A stretch of DNA of 64,000 nucleotides from Minisyncoccota bacterium (lineage in GTDB: Bacteria > Patescibacteriota > Minisyncoccia > UBA6257 > 2-01-FULL-56-20): positions 58,732-122,731 of the forward strand of contig DATJLR010000001.1 of the NCBI GenBank assembly GCA_035509435.1. Direction: 5' to 3'. Numbering within the stretch: position 1 is the first letter of the stretch; the number at the start of each line of letters is the position of its first letter. Below the pieces are notes generated by a model. The model was not told the DNA's origin. It did no database searches and saw nothing but the letters and a program-made list of their open reading frames with translations. Below, piece by piece: positions 1 through 9,892 of this stretch. The position numbers and the translations under genes were made by a program.

Positions 1-3000
1 CGATACGATCGCCGCGCCTTCCTCCGCAGCGCGATCCGTGCGCAAGGGCTTGGGCCACTCGTCCAAGTGCACCGATTCCTTCGTGCCGCCAAGCGGCCCG
101 TAGAACAGCTCCGAAAAGAACGGCGTGAAGGGCGCCATCAACGTAATGAGCGAGAGCAGCACATGGCCGAGCGTGGCCGAAGCCGCGCGATAATCGGCGT
201 CGCTCACCGGCCGCTGCAGGCGCCGCCGCGAGCGGCGGATATACCACCGGGAAAGGTCGTCCACCAGCGTTTCGATCTCGATCGCCGCCTCGCGGATCTC
301 GTAAGCGTCGAGCTTTTTTGAAACTTCGGCGTTCACCTGATCGAGCCGCGCGTTTATCCATTCATCCAACACGTTCGTGGGACCGTCGGAAAGTTTTGCT
401 TTCTGGTCTGCGTATGTTTTCCAAAATATAAAAGAATTGTAAACAATGAGGTGCACCCTCCGGAACGCTTTCGCGACCTCGGCCTCGTCAAAATTCTTCG
501 GCTCGCCGAGCGGCGATCCGGTAAAGAAATACCACCGCAGGGCATCCACTCCGTACTTATCGATGACCGCGAACGGCTCCACAATATTCCCTTTTGATTT
601 GGACATTTTTTGCCCGAATTTGTCGTTGATCAGGCCAAGCGCGATCACATTCTTATAAGGCGCTCCGTAGCCAAGCGCCGCCGCGATGGCAAAGAGCGTG
701 TAGAACCAGCCGCGCGTCTGGTCCATGCCTTCGGAAATATAATCGGCGGGATAGTCGAGGCCGGACAGCGTCGCGACATCCGTTTTGGGCACGGAGAACG
801 GGTAGTGCGCCTGCGCGTACGGCATTGCGCCGGAGTCGTACCACACGTCCGCGACTTCCGGCACACGCGCCATCGTTGCCGCGCACTTTGGGCACGGCGG
901 GGAAATATCATCGGCGAACGGCCGATGGACATCGACCACGCCGGTGTCGTTGCGCGGGATCTTCTTTACGCCGAACGGCATCACTTCCGCAGGCTTTATG
1001 AACATGCCGCCGCCCTCCTCTTTTTTCTCCGCCGCCTGCTTCTCGCTCCATCCGAGCGCCGCCTGCGCGAGCATCCAAATGGTATCCTCGTGGCTTACGA
1101 TCAAAATATTCTTTCCGTGATGCTTCGCCTCCGTTTCCTCCAAGAAATTCCATGCGCGGGTGCGGACGTCGCGATACGACTCGCTCTTCTCGTCCACGCG
1201 CCCGGCAAACCGGCTCTCAAGTGTCGGAAATATCTTCCCGATCTCTATCGATGGCTTTCCGGAAAGGCCGCCGAAGTTGACCTCGCGGAGGCGCTTGTCA
1301 AAATGGACGGGAATGCCCAGTTCGCTCGCGATGATCTCCGCCGATTCCTTCGTGCGAAGAAGGTCGGAGGCGAAAACAAGATCTATCTTATCTTTTTTAA
1401 GTCCCTTGGCGGCTTCTACGACCTGCTCTTTCCCGTTCGGGGTAAGATGCGAATTCTGATCGCCGGAATCGACGATCTTGAATATGATATTTTCCGACTC
1501 CCCGTGCCGCATCGCCCAATAATTATTTCTTGAACCTCCGGCCAAACGGTCCAATTCGTCCAAACCGTCCACCACTTCGGTGTGGCCGCACTCCTTGCAT
1601 TCCCAGATCGGCAGCGGCGCGCCCCAATACCGTTCGCGGGACAGGTTCCAGTCCTTCACCTCGCGCAGCCATTCGCCGAAACGCCCCGTCTTCACGTGCT
1701 TCGGCGTCCAGTTGACGGTTTCATTGTTCTCCAATAATTTCTCGCGCAGCTTCGACATTTCGATGAACCACGATGACCGCGCATAGTAGAGAATGGCCGT
1801 GCCGCACCGCCAGCAGAACGGGTATTCGTGCACGTACGGCTCCGTCCGCAACAGATTCCCGTTCTCGCGAAGATGATCGAAGATGTGTTCCTCCGTCTCT
1901 TTGGATTTCACGTATTGCCCCGCCAACCCCGCGACCTCCTTCGTGAACTTTCCGGCCTCGTCAACCGTGTGATATTCCGGCAGCCCTACCTGTTTGCCGA
2001 GCGCATAGTCGTCCTCGCCATACATCACGGCGGTATGCACGACGCCCGTGCCGTCGGTCGTCGTCACAAAACCGGCGGGATAGACCTTGTATGATCTTTC
2101 CGACCTGAGCGGCGCAATATCAAAAAGCGGTTCGTACTCCAAACCGACCAGCTGCGAACCGGACAGGTCGTATGATTTTTCTGCGCCGGAAAAGCCGAGG
2201 TCGTTCAACCGGTCCACCGCCGCGATAAGATATTCCCCTTCGTGCTCGAACGCGCGATATGCAATATCGGCCCCAACAGCAAGCGCGACATTTCCCGGTA
2301 ATGTCCACGGCGTCGTCGTCCACGACAGGATATACACCTTATCATCCGGCGCGATGACATGGTCCCCGATCTTCTGTCCCGCTTTTAATTTGAATTTCAC
2401 ATATACCGACGTATCGCTCACCTCTTTGTATCCCTGCGCGAGTTCATGCGAAGAAAGCGACGTGCCGTCGCGCGTGCACCACGGCACCACTTTGAATCCT
2501 TTATAAAGCAATCCGCGCTTATGGATCTGCGACAGCGTCCACCAAATGGACTCGATGTACTCGGGCTCGTACGTCACATATGCGTTCTTGAAATCAAGCC
2601 AGTAGCCGATGCGGCGCGTCATCCGTTCCCACTCGTCCTTATAGATCCACACCTGCTCCATCGCCTTCTCGTTGAAGAGCTTGACTCCGAGCTCCTCGAT
2701 GTCTTTCTTTGACTTGAGGCCGAGCGCTTTTTCCGTCGCGATCTCCACCGGAAGGCCGTGCGTGTCCCATCCGGCGCGGCGCGGCACTTCGAATCCCTGC
2801 ATCGTCTTGTATCGCAAAATAACATCCTTTACGATGCGACTGATGACGTGATGGATCGCGGGCTTGCCATTGGCGTACGGCGGCCCTTCATAAAAGATGA
2901 ATTTTGGGGCACCGCTCTCTTTTTCGATCGATTTTTCAAAAATATGCCGTTCATCCCAAAACGTCAGGACCTTCTCTTCTAATTCAGGAAGGTCAAATTC

Positions 3001-3057
3001 TCCTTCATGAAGGAATACCTTCGGATTCGCATTTTTTTCAGAAATCTCCTTTGCCAT
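1..3057 (-). CDS. ileS: Isoleucine--tRNA ligase (IleRS2 type), 3'-truncated by the window edge, with an inserted histidine phosphatase domain
   Basis: Manual translation from ATG at 3057: FYEGPPYANGKPAIHH, GWDTHGLPVE, WYDSGAMP, GQKMSKSKGN (~590-615). It is missing from the ORF track because the frame runs off the window edge. Confidence 0.97.
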   Translation of the reverse strand, partial: MAKEISEKNANPKVFLHEGEFDLPELEEKVLTFWDERHIFEKSIEKESGAPKFIFYEGPPYANGKPAIHHVISRIVKDVILRYKTMQGFEVPRRAGWDTHGLPVEIATEKALGLKSKKDIEELGVKLFNEKAMEQVWIYKDEWERMTRRIGYWLDFKNAYVTYEPEYIESIWWTLSQIHKRGLLYKGFKVVPWCTRDGTSLSSHELAQGYKEVSDTSVYVKFKLKAGQKIGDHVIAPDDKVYILSWTTTPWTLPGNVALAVGADIAYRAFEHEGEYLIAAVDRLNDLGFSGAEKSYDLSGSQLVGLEYEPLFDIAPLRSERSYKVYPAGFVTTTDGTGVVHTAVMYGEDDYALGKQVGLPEYHTVDEAGKFTKEVAGLAGQYVKSKETEEHIFDHLRENGNLLRTEPYVHEYPFCWRCGTAILYYARSSWFIEMSKLREKLLENNETVNWTPKHVKTGRFGEWLREVKDWNLSRERYWGAPLPIWECKECGHTEVVDGLDELDRLAGGSRNNYWAMRHGESENIIFKIVDSGDQNSHLTPNGKEQVVEAAKGLKKDKIDLVFASDLLRTKESAEIIASELGIPVHFDKRLREVNFGGLSGKPSIEIGKIFPTLESRFAGRVDEKSESYRDVRTRAWNFLEETEAKHHGKNILIVSHEDTIWMLAQAALGWSEKQAAEKKEEGGGMFIKPAEVMPFGVKKIPRNDTGVVDVHRPFADDISPPCPKCAATMARVPEVADVWYDSGAMPYAQAHYPFSVPKTDVATLSGLDYPADYISEGMDQTRGWFYTLFAIAAALGYGAPYKNVIALGLINDKFGQKMSKSKGNIVEPFAVIDKYGVDALRWYFFTGSPLGEPKNFDEAEVAKAFRRVHLIVYNSFIFWKTYADQKAKLSDGPTNVLDEWINARLDQVNAEVSKKLDAYEIREAAIEIETLVDDLSRWYIRRSRRRLQRPVSDADYRAASATLGHVLLSLITLMAPFTPFFSELFYGPLGGTKESVHLDEWPKPLRTDRAAEEGAAIVS

Positions 3058-3127
3058 TACATTAAAATAGCAGGTTTTGCGGGATTAATAAAGGAAAACC
3101 GCGGAGCGGAGCGCGGTCCGCGGGAGA

Positions 3128-4855
3128 CTAGATCTTTTCAAGCGTGCGAACGCCGAGCAGGCCGAGCCCTTTTTGCAGCACGCGCGCGGCGACGGCGACG
3201 AGCGCAAGGCGGCCGCGGCGGCGCGCGGCGGCGTCGTCCTTGAGGATCGGCGTCGCTTCGTAGAATTTGTTCGCGGCGACGGCGAGCTTGTAAAGATAGA
3301 CGGCGAGCGTGCTTGTGGAATATTGCTCGCCTGCGCGCGCCACCACATCCGGAAACTCGAACAACCTTCTCATGAGCGCGAGCTCGGTCGTGTGCGCAAG
3401 CGTTGCCGCCTCGTCGGCGCTCAACTTTACCGGCGGATTTTTTCCGCCGTCATCGGCAACGCCCGCCTTCCGCAAAATGCTCTTGAGCCGCGCATAGGTA
3501 TATTGTAGATAGGGCGCGCTGTCGCCCCCGAAATCCAGCATTTTCTCCCAGTTGAACACGATGTCTGTCATGCGATTCTCTTTGAGGTCGTTGTACTTGA
3601 GCGCCCCGAGCGCCACCGCATCCGCAACTTCCGTCTTCTCTCCGGACGAGAGTGCGGGATTTTTGGCATCGATCACTTCGCGCGCCTTGATCACCGCTTC
3701 GCCGATCACTTCTTCCAATAATTGCGCGGTGCCCTCGCGCGTGGAGAATTTTTTGCCGCCGCTTCCCAGTACAAGGCCGTACTTCACGTGCTTCAGCTCT
3801 GTTCCATCGCCGAGGCCCAAGAGCTTCGCGACCGCAAACAACTGCTCGAACGCAAGCGCCTGCTCGTTGGCCACCACGTATAATATCTTTGCCGGTTCGT
3901 ACTTTTTGAGGCGATACCGGAGGTTCGCGATGTCGCGGGTAAGATACAAGCTTGCGCCGTCGGACTTCTGGATGAGCGCCGGGGGCAATCCCGCAGCGTC
4001 AAGCGAAACGATGACCGCCCCCTCGCTCCGTTCGGCGATGCCCTTCTTGAGCAGTTCCGCGACGGTCGCATCCATCTCACGCTCAAAGTGGCTCTCGCCG
4101 ATCCACACGTCAAAATCCACGCCGAGCACCGCGTACAGGCGTTCGAACTCCTCGAGCGATTCTTTCTTGAACCACTCCCACAGCTTGCGGTTCTCGCGAT
4201 CGCCGTCCTCCAGTTTTTTAAACTCTTCCTGCCCCCGCTTTTCGAGCGTCGGGTCGTTCTTCATCTCCTCATGGAAGCGCACATAGAGCTTTTGCAATTC
4301 GTTGATGGGGGCCGATTCCACTTTTTTCTTGTCGCCCCACAGTTTGTACGCGGCGATGAGCTTGCCGAACTGCGTCCCCCAGTCGCCCAGATAGTTCCAC
4401 CGCACCACGCGATATCCGGAAAGCTCCAAAATATTCGCGAGCGCGGCGCCGATGATCGTCGTGCGCATGTGGCCGAGATGCATCGGCTTCGCGATGTTCG
4501 CCGACGAGTATTCCACGATCGCGGTGCAGCCCGCGCCAACGTCGCCCGCGCCATAGTTTTTGTCCGCCGCGATGCGCCGCAGCTCCGCCTGCATCGTAGC
4601 GTCGCTCAGCCAGAAATTGATAAAGCCGGGCGCGGCGGCCTCCACTTTGTGAAAAAATCCCGCAGGCGCGCCGGCGGCGATCTGCGCGGCATACTCTTTG
4701 GCGAGGTCGAGCGGCGGCATTTTCTTGATCTTCGCCTGACGCATCGCGAAGTTCGTTGAATAATGACCGAAAAGTTCCCCGTCGGGGACGGAGATATCGA
4801 TCGACGCATCCGCGGCGAACATCTTTTTCAATAATTGGGCCAATTGCGCGTTCAT
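3128..4855 (-). CDS. argS: Arginine--tRNA ligase
   Basis: VEYSSANIAKPMHLGH, NYLGDWGTQFG, KSDGASLYLTRD, GDSAPYLQYTYAR. Confidence 0.97.
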   Translation of the reverse strand: MNAQLAQLLKKMFAADASIDISVPDGELFGHYSTNFAMRQAKIKKMPPLDLAKEYAAQIAAGAPAGFFHKVEAAAPGFINFWLSDATMQAELRRIAADKNYGAGDVGAGCTAIVEYSSANIAKPMHLGHMRTTIIGAALANILELSGYRVVRWNYLGDWGTQFGKLIAAYKLWGDKKKVESAPINELQKLYVRFHEEMKNDPTLEKRGQEEFKKLEDGDRENRKLWEWFKKESLEEFERLYAVLGVDFDVWIGESHFEREMDATVAELLKKGIAERSEGAVIVSLDAAGLPPALIQKSDGASLYLTRDIANLRYRLKKYEPAKILYVVANEQALAFEQLFAVAKLLGLGDGTELKHVKYGLVLGSGGKKFSTREGTAQLLEEVIGEAVIKAREVIDAKNPALSSGEKTEVADAVALGALKYNDLKENRMTDIVFNWEKMLDFGGDSAPYLQYTYARLKSILRKAGVADDGGKNPPVKLSADEAATLAHTTELALMRRLFEFPDVVARAGEQYSTSTLAVYLYKLAVAANKFYEATPILKDDAAARRRGRLALVAVAARVLQKGLGLLGVRTLEKI

Positions 4856-4882
4856 TGACAATACTAATATGTGTGTTACTAT
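4855..4882 (+). promoter_or_regulatory. Sigma70-type promoter overlapping the argS start
   Basis: TTGACA (4855-4860), 16 nt spacer, TGnTACTAT (4874-4882). Confidence 0.6.
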
Positions 4883-4888
4883 CCAAAT

Positions 4889-5025
4889 GCAGCGGGGAAT
4901 CCTTTACCACCCTGAGCTGCTCCCCACTGAGGTAGAGCGCCGGGCACGGAGAGTAGCTGATTCGCGGTGGGCGGTCCCAGGGGAGGGCTGCACCCATCAT
5001 GTATGTGCGATCGCCGACCCGCTGC
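4889..5025 (+). ncRNA. Candidate structured ncRNA upstream of smpB
   Basis: Closing stem GCAGCGGG/CCCGCTGC. Internal stems GAATC/GATTC, AGCTGCTC/GAGTAGCT and GGCGGTC/GATCGCC. Begins just after the promoter. Confidence 0.45.
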
Positions 5026-5149
5026 GCTTCGCTCTTTCATATCTATGGTACCACAAGGTGCCGCCGCAGTGCCGCAAGCCCCGCGCGATCTCGCCGGGGC
5101 TATTTATTTCTTCAGCCAATTTTCAACGAAACTAATGTAAAATGAAAGC

Positions 5150-5599
5150 ATGGATACGCGAACGGAAACCATCGCCGAGAACCGCCGCGCGCGCTTTGAT
5201 TACGAGATAGGGCAAACGTACGAGGCAGGCATCGAACTGCAGGGGCACGAAGTGAAAAGCGCGAAAGGCGGCCGGCTTCAGATCGCGGGAGCGCATGCGA
5301 TCATCCGCGGCGGCGAGGCCTGGCTCGTGAACTCGCATATCCCCCAGTACCAGCCGGGCAATACGCCGCCGGACTACGAAGAAGATCGCGCACGGCGATT
5401 GCTCCTCTCGCGCGATGAAATAAAAGAGTTGCAAGGCGCGCTCGTGGACAAATCCCGCCACGCGATCCCCCTTCGCGCGTATCTCAAACACGGACTGATA
5501 AAACTGGAGCTCGGCCTGGGCCGGTCGCGGCGGAAATCCGACAAACGCGATGCGATCAAAAAGCGGGCGCACCAGCGCGAGATCCGGCGCGGAGAATAA
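5150..5599 (+). CDS. smpB: SsrA-binding protein
   Basis: ENRRARFDY, EAGIELQGHEVKS, DKRDAIKKR. Confidence 0.97.
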   Translation: MDTRTETIAENRRARFDYEIGQTYEAGIELQGHEVKSAKGGRLQIAGAHAIIRGGEAWLVNSHIPQYQPGNTPPDYEEDRARRLLLSRDEIKELQGALVDKSRHAIPLRAYLKHGLIKLELGLGRSRRKSDKRDAIKKRAHQREIRRGE

Positions 5600-5627
5600 A
5601 AACGGAGAAAAAAATATCCGTCCCGTT

Positions 5628-6359
5628 TTACTGGGTGCCCGTCGATGACGACGCGATCGCCGCGTTCAATACATCCTCAAAGGCCTGAGTGGTCGTCGGA
5701 TTCGGGATCTGCGCGAGATTCATGAAGAACGTCGGCGTGTGGTCGATCTGCGCGGAATTGCCGCCGTTCACGTCATTCTGGATCTTCGCCGTCACCGACG
5801 AAGCGTTCACGTCGACATTGAACGTGTTGACGTCAAGGCCTATCGATTGCGCGTAGCCGTCGAAATATTGCGAGACCACCTGCTGGGGCGAGAGCGCCGT
5901 GTTCGTGGACCACTCGGCCTGCTTGGTATACAAAAGGTCATGCATCGCCCAATATTTCGAGGAGCCGCCCTCAAGGCCCGCCGCCTCGGCGGCCTGCGCG
6001 CCGATCCCCGCGAACGGGTGGATGGTATAGAGCGGATAGTTGCGGAACACAAAGAGCACCGTGCTGCTGTAGTTGGAGAACAGCTGCTGCATGATCGGGA
6101 AATAATCGCCGCACGCGGGGCACTCAAAATCACCGTACTCGATGAGCGACACCTTGGCGTTCGGATTGCCCTCCGTCCAATCGGCGGACGTGATGGCGGG
6201 CACGGTCGTCGCGACGAAGTTGCCGTTCGTGGTGTCTGTCGAGTTACCGCTCGAATATGCGCCCGCGATGATCACCGCAACCGTGACCACCACGAGAAAT
6301 ATCACGATGAACCACACCGTTGCCTTGTTCGCCTGTCCTGCCCTTTTATTGTTTGCCAT
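5628..6359 (-). CDS. DsbA-family thioredoxin-fold protein, membrane-anchored
   Basis: N-terminal TM, EYGDFECPAC, FRNYPL, TPTFF. Confidence 0.9.
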   Translation of the reverse strand: MANNKRAGQANKATVWFIVIFLVVVTVAVIIAGAYSSGNSTDTTNGNFVATTVPAITSADWTEGNPNAKVSLIEYGDFECPACGDYFPIMQQLFSNYSSTVLFVFRNYPLYTIHPFAGIGAQAAEAAGLEGGSSKYWAMHDLLYTKQAEWSTNTALSPQQVVSQYFDGYAQSIGLDVNTFNVDVNASSVTAKIQNDVNGGNSAQIDHTPTFFMNLAQIPNPTTTQAFEDVLNAAIASSSTGTQ

Positions 6360-6429
6360 AATTCACTTATTTTACCTTTTTTTAATGAAAAAGCTAACGA
6401 AGGGGGCATGTCTCCCTATCGCCTATCTA

Positions 6430-7251
6430 TTATCGCTTGAACTGAAGCTTCGTATTGTTGTCTACAACAGTGTCCGGTTCGCTCGTAGGGCCGATCTTCC
6501 GCACGATCACGAACGGCGTCATCTTGTTGCCCTGCCCCAGCGGATTATCAAGAAGCACGAGCCGTATGGTGCGCTTGTCCAATCCCACGCCCGAACTGAT
6601 GCCTAAAACTTCCACATTGATGAAGTTCGCATCCGCCGTCATGCACGGGATGCCGGTATTCTTCTCGAACCGCTCGCAATCGGCTTGCGGGTCCTTCGGC
6701 GGGAGCACGGCCCATTCGGTGTACGGATACATGTCTTCGGGGATGAATCCGTCGATCTCGGAAACGCGATGCCCCGCGACGATCCAGAACCAGCCCCGCT
6801 TGCCGAACACGCGACCCACCGCGCCGATCGCCATCGCGGGGATGATGCGCCACCATCCGGCGATCTCGATCGCGAGCTGGATCTTTTCCGGATTGTTCCA
6901 CGCGGTCATGCCCTTGTGCTTCGTCACTCCTTTTTGCACGAGCCGCGCGAGCCACGTCACCTTCACGCTCGAAATATGACGCACGAGGTTTTGTGAAATA
7001 GAGACCATCTTTTCCGAGATCGCGATCCAGTCGCCCGGCTGCACGTGGGGCTTCACATATTCGCTGATGAGCGATTCCATGCTCTCGCCAAACTCGATCA
7101 GGCGCGGCACGCGGACGGGAAAACGCTCGTACCCAATGCCGTCGACGATGATCTTCCTGCCCGGCTGAATGCCCGGCGTGAGACCGGCGTCCCAAACCTT
7201 CTTTATGGTCGCCGCCATCTTCTCAGGATCCAAATGTATGACTGAGCCCAT
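6430..7251 (-). CDS. Coenzyme F420:glutamate ligase (CofE)-like protein
   Basis: ISEKMVSISQ, IDG, LPPKDP, DAN, DNPLGQG..TP motifs; start codon uncertain. Confidence 0.7.
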   Translation of the reverse strand: MGSVIHLDPEKMAATIKKVWDAGLTPGIQPGRKIIVDGIGYERFPVRVPRLIEFGESMESLISEYVKPHVQPGDWIAISEKMVSISQNLVRHISSVKVTWLARLVQKGVTKHKGMTAWNNPEKIQLAIEIAGWWRIIPAMAIGAVGRVFGKRGWFWIVAGHRVSEIDGFIPEDMYPYTEWAVLPPKDPQADCERFEKNTGIPCMTADANFINVEVLGISSGVGLDKRTIRLVLLDNPLGQGNKMTPFVIVRKIGPTSEPDTVVDNNTKLQFKR

Positions 7252-7364
7252 GTTTCGTGCAAGGTTGATTATTTTTCTATGATAAGTGATTTTGAAGCTT
7301 TGTACCATATAAGGGAAAATAAAACCGCCCGGCATTTAAAATGCAGGGCGGCATTGGAGAAAAG

Positions 7365-8366
7365 CTACTTCTGTCCCAACTTCAACACCTTCATGTATTC
7401 ATCGCCGTAAGTGAGAGACATGTCGATCGAGGGAGCGATCAGAATGTACTTGCCATGCGGATTGGTATATTCCTCCAGTTCCCCGCTCTCAGAGAGAGAA
7501 CGAAACCGCTGGAGACCCGCCTGCACGGCAGTGCCGCAGCTCGGGCCGAATAGGCGTCTGACCGCGAGGATCATCTTCCGGCTCATTGCAAACGAGTCGT
7601 ATGAACTGCACAGAACCGGTCCATGAGCTCCGATGACGCTTTTCCAGTCGAAGGAAATGTCCCGCTCAACATCCGTGACGGTGCGAACTCCAGGAACTGG
7701 ATTGTCTTTGTCTTTGCACGCACCTCCGATGATGTGAAGTTTTGGAAAGGCATTTTTCAACGTCTCGTATGCAGCACAAATCATAGAAGTCGTTCCCATG
7801 GCAGCGGAAAAGAACGAAGGAACTTCGTCCATGCTTTCCATCTCGTTGATAAGATGGTACATGGTGCGATTTTGCCCCTTGATACTTCCCCGCTCTTTGT
7901 ACTGGTTAATGAACACGCCAACGCCTTCTCTTTCCAGCTCGGCGGCGCGTTCAAGGGTGGTTTGACCAGGTCGCGGGTACTCAATCTCAGCGCCAGGCAC
8001 AAGAAGTTGTGCTTTTTTGCCGTCCGGAACGGACGAGTTCATCACCGCGATCACCTTTTTGATACCGAACGCATCCTTGCTGTACGCGAAATTGACCGCC
8101 GTGTTCCCGGAGCCGGGCACAATCGCCACAACCCCTGGATAGATCCTTCCTTCTTTCTCTGCGTCCAAACAAAGCTGGACGGCAGGAAAGCGCTTTCCAT
8201 TGCCGCCCTCCCCCTCGTGGAGCGGCAATACGTAGATTTCGAGCCGCTCTGATCCGCGAAGGTCTGCCACCGAATCCTTAATCGACTCGGGCAGTTTGAC
8301 CAACGGAGCAAAGTGGTTGATCGAGGTCAAAACCTTCCTGCGTAATTCAAAGTCGATAAGACCCAT
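7365..8366 (-). CDS. PLP-dependent fold-type II enzyme (divergent cysteine synthase-like)
   Basis: GGNGKRFP (PLP lysine region), SGNT, INQY, MGTT, FGPSCG. Confidence 0.8.
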   Translation of the reverse strand: MGLIDFELRRKVLTSINHFAPLVKLPESIKDSVADLRGSERLEIYVLPLHEGEGGNGKRFPAVQLCLDAEKEGRIYPGVVAIVPGSGNTAVNFAYSKDAFGIKKVIAVMNSSVPDGKKAQLLVPGAEIEYPRPGQTTLERAAELEREGVGVFINQYKERGSIKGQNRTMYHLINEMESMDEVPSFFSAAMGTTSMICAAYETLKNAFPKLHIIGGACKDKDNPVPGVRTVTDVERDISFDWKSVIGAHGPVLCSSYDSFAMSRKMILAVRRLFGPSCGTAVQAGLQRFRSLSESGELEEYTNPHGKYILIAPSIDMSLTYGDEYMKVLKLGQK

Positions 8367-8449
8367 GGAACACCATCCTGATCGTTAAATTAAATTCCGA
8401 AAGCTACTCGTATTCTTAATCAAGGAAAGCGCCGTGTCAAGAAATTTTC

Positions 8450-9223
8450 TCACTTCCTCACCGTCACGAACTTCAGCGTGCCGAGTCCCGGCATCGCCGG
8501 CTTTTCCACGCCCAGCTCGTCGCGCCAGAATGCGTCGCTCTTCAACAGCTCGATGATCCACGGAAAGTGAGCGTCCTGCGAGATGATGATGCCCCCCGGC
8601 GAGAGCAGCGGATACAGATAATGGAAGCAGTCGCGTGTGGACTGTACGAGGTCAACGTTCACGCACGCCGCCGCGACGGACTCGCGGAACGACGGCATCG
8701 TGTCGGTGAAAAATCCTTTATGGAAATGCGCGCGCGATGCGTCCCCATAGCGCGCAACGTTGCCCTTCACTTCCTCGAACGGCACCGCGTGGCTCCCCTT
8801 CGGAAAGTGATGCTCGCGGCCGTAGATGCTCTTGCCGTGCGCTTCGCTGTTCTCCGGCATTCCGGCGAACGAGTCGAACACGTCGAGCTGCCGGTCGCAC
8901 AGTTTTGCGACGAGGCCCAGCTTGGCGGTGCTCCCGCCATGGAACGAGCCGGCTTCCACGATCGTTCCTTTTACGTCGTCGCCGAGGGCAAGGATCTGCC
9001 GTGCGATGGAGATCATCTCGTGTTCCGTGTGCGGACAGTCGACGTAATACGAAATTTTATAGAATTGTAACACTAACGAGAGGCGCGCGCTGAACGCCGT
9101 TGGCGACTTCGTGCTATGAAATATAAATCCGAACGCCGCGGGAACATCCTTTGGCGCGTAATAGATCTTTCTATATATATAGAGAAGCGGCCATTGGCGC
9201 TTGAGATAACTGCGCACGCTCAT
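8450..9223 (-). CDS. TylF/MycF/NovP-family O-methyltransferase
   Basis: GTIVEAGSFHGGS, FDSFAGMP, KGFFTDT, DL..ST, LSPGG. Confidence 0.85.
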   Translation of the reverse strand: MSVRSYLKRQWPLLYIYRKIYYAPKDVPAAFGFIFHSTKSPTAFSARLSLVLQFYKISYYVDCPHTEHEMISIARQILALGDDVKGTIVEAGSFHGGSTAKLGLVAKLCDRQLDVFDSFAGMPENSEAHGKSIYGREHHFPKGSHAVPFEEVKGNVARYGDASRAHFHKGFFTDTMPSFRESVAAACVNVDLVQSTRDCFHYLYPLLSPGGIIISQDAHFPWIIELLKSDAFWRDELGVEKPAMPGLGTLKFVTVRK

Positions 9224-9346
9224 ATTACTTTTTGTATCCCACGGAGCTGTCCGCGGTGTTCCTGAACTTCGCCATGCCCCTCATTATATCACCGGAAAAG
9301 GCCCGCGCAACGCGCCGCGCGGGCGAAAAACTGGTACAATGAGCGC

Positions 9347-9892
9347 ATGCCGATGTGGATCCTTGTCGCCGCCGTACTGATCCCCCAGGAGTTCGCCACG
9401 ACCGCGATCGTTTTCGTGGTCGCCCTGCAGAACAATTTCCCGATCTGGGCGATCAATCTTATCTGGCTCTGCGTGACCCTGCTCGATATGTATGCCGGCT
9501 ATATGCTCGGAAAGTTCACGCAGGAAAAATTGCGGGGAACGCGATTCTTCAACTGGGTGGAGCGCTGGATACAAAAGGGCCGCCACGCGCTCGGGACGCA
9601 CGGCGAAAAATTCTCGCTCGCGCTGCTCGGCACCGTGGACTTCCCCTACGTCAACACGTTCATCGGCGCGTGGATCGGCCTGCCGCTCAACCAGGCGTTG
9701 CCGCTCACCCTTGCGGGCAACTTCATCTGGTACCTGTTCCTCTGGGGAACCGTGCTCGGGCTTTCGTCGTTCGTCTCCAACCCCGACATCATCATCCTGA
9801 TCATCATCGTGGTCGGGATCCTTTCCCACTTCCTGATCAGGTTCTCGCGGGGGAAGAACGGGAGAACAAAGGATAGCTCTCAAGGAGAGTGA
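9347..9892 (+). CDS. Membrane protein (DedA/VTT-like)
   Basis: Multiple TM segments, D..GY.LG motif, leaderless -10 upstream. Confidence 0.6.
   Translation: MPMWILVAAVLIPQEFATTAIVFVVALQNNFPIWAINLIWLCVTLLDMYAGYMLGKFTQEKLRGTRFFNWVERWIQKGRHALGTHGEKFSLALLGTVDFPYVNTFIGAWIGLPLNQALPLTLAGNFIWYLFLWGTVLGLSSFVSNPDIIILIIIVVGILSHFLIRFSRGKNGRTKDSSQGE

Noticed and set aside
67-3243. ORF-track ORFs over 1-3057 and other long antisense ORFs (e.g. 23176-24672, 50653-52161)
   Set aside because: They are shadow frames of GC-rich genes with clear motifs on the other strand or frame.
4952-4963. 12-mer AGTAGCTGATTC shared with the RNA candidate at 56742
   Set aside because: It is a single short match in different structural contexts and could be chance.
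3058-5149. T-box leaders for ileS or argS
   Set aside because: No T-box motif is present, and argS appears leaderless (TAGTAT-5nt-ATG).
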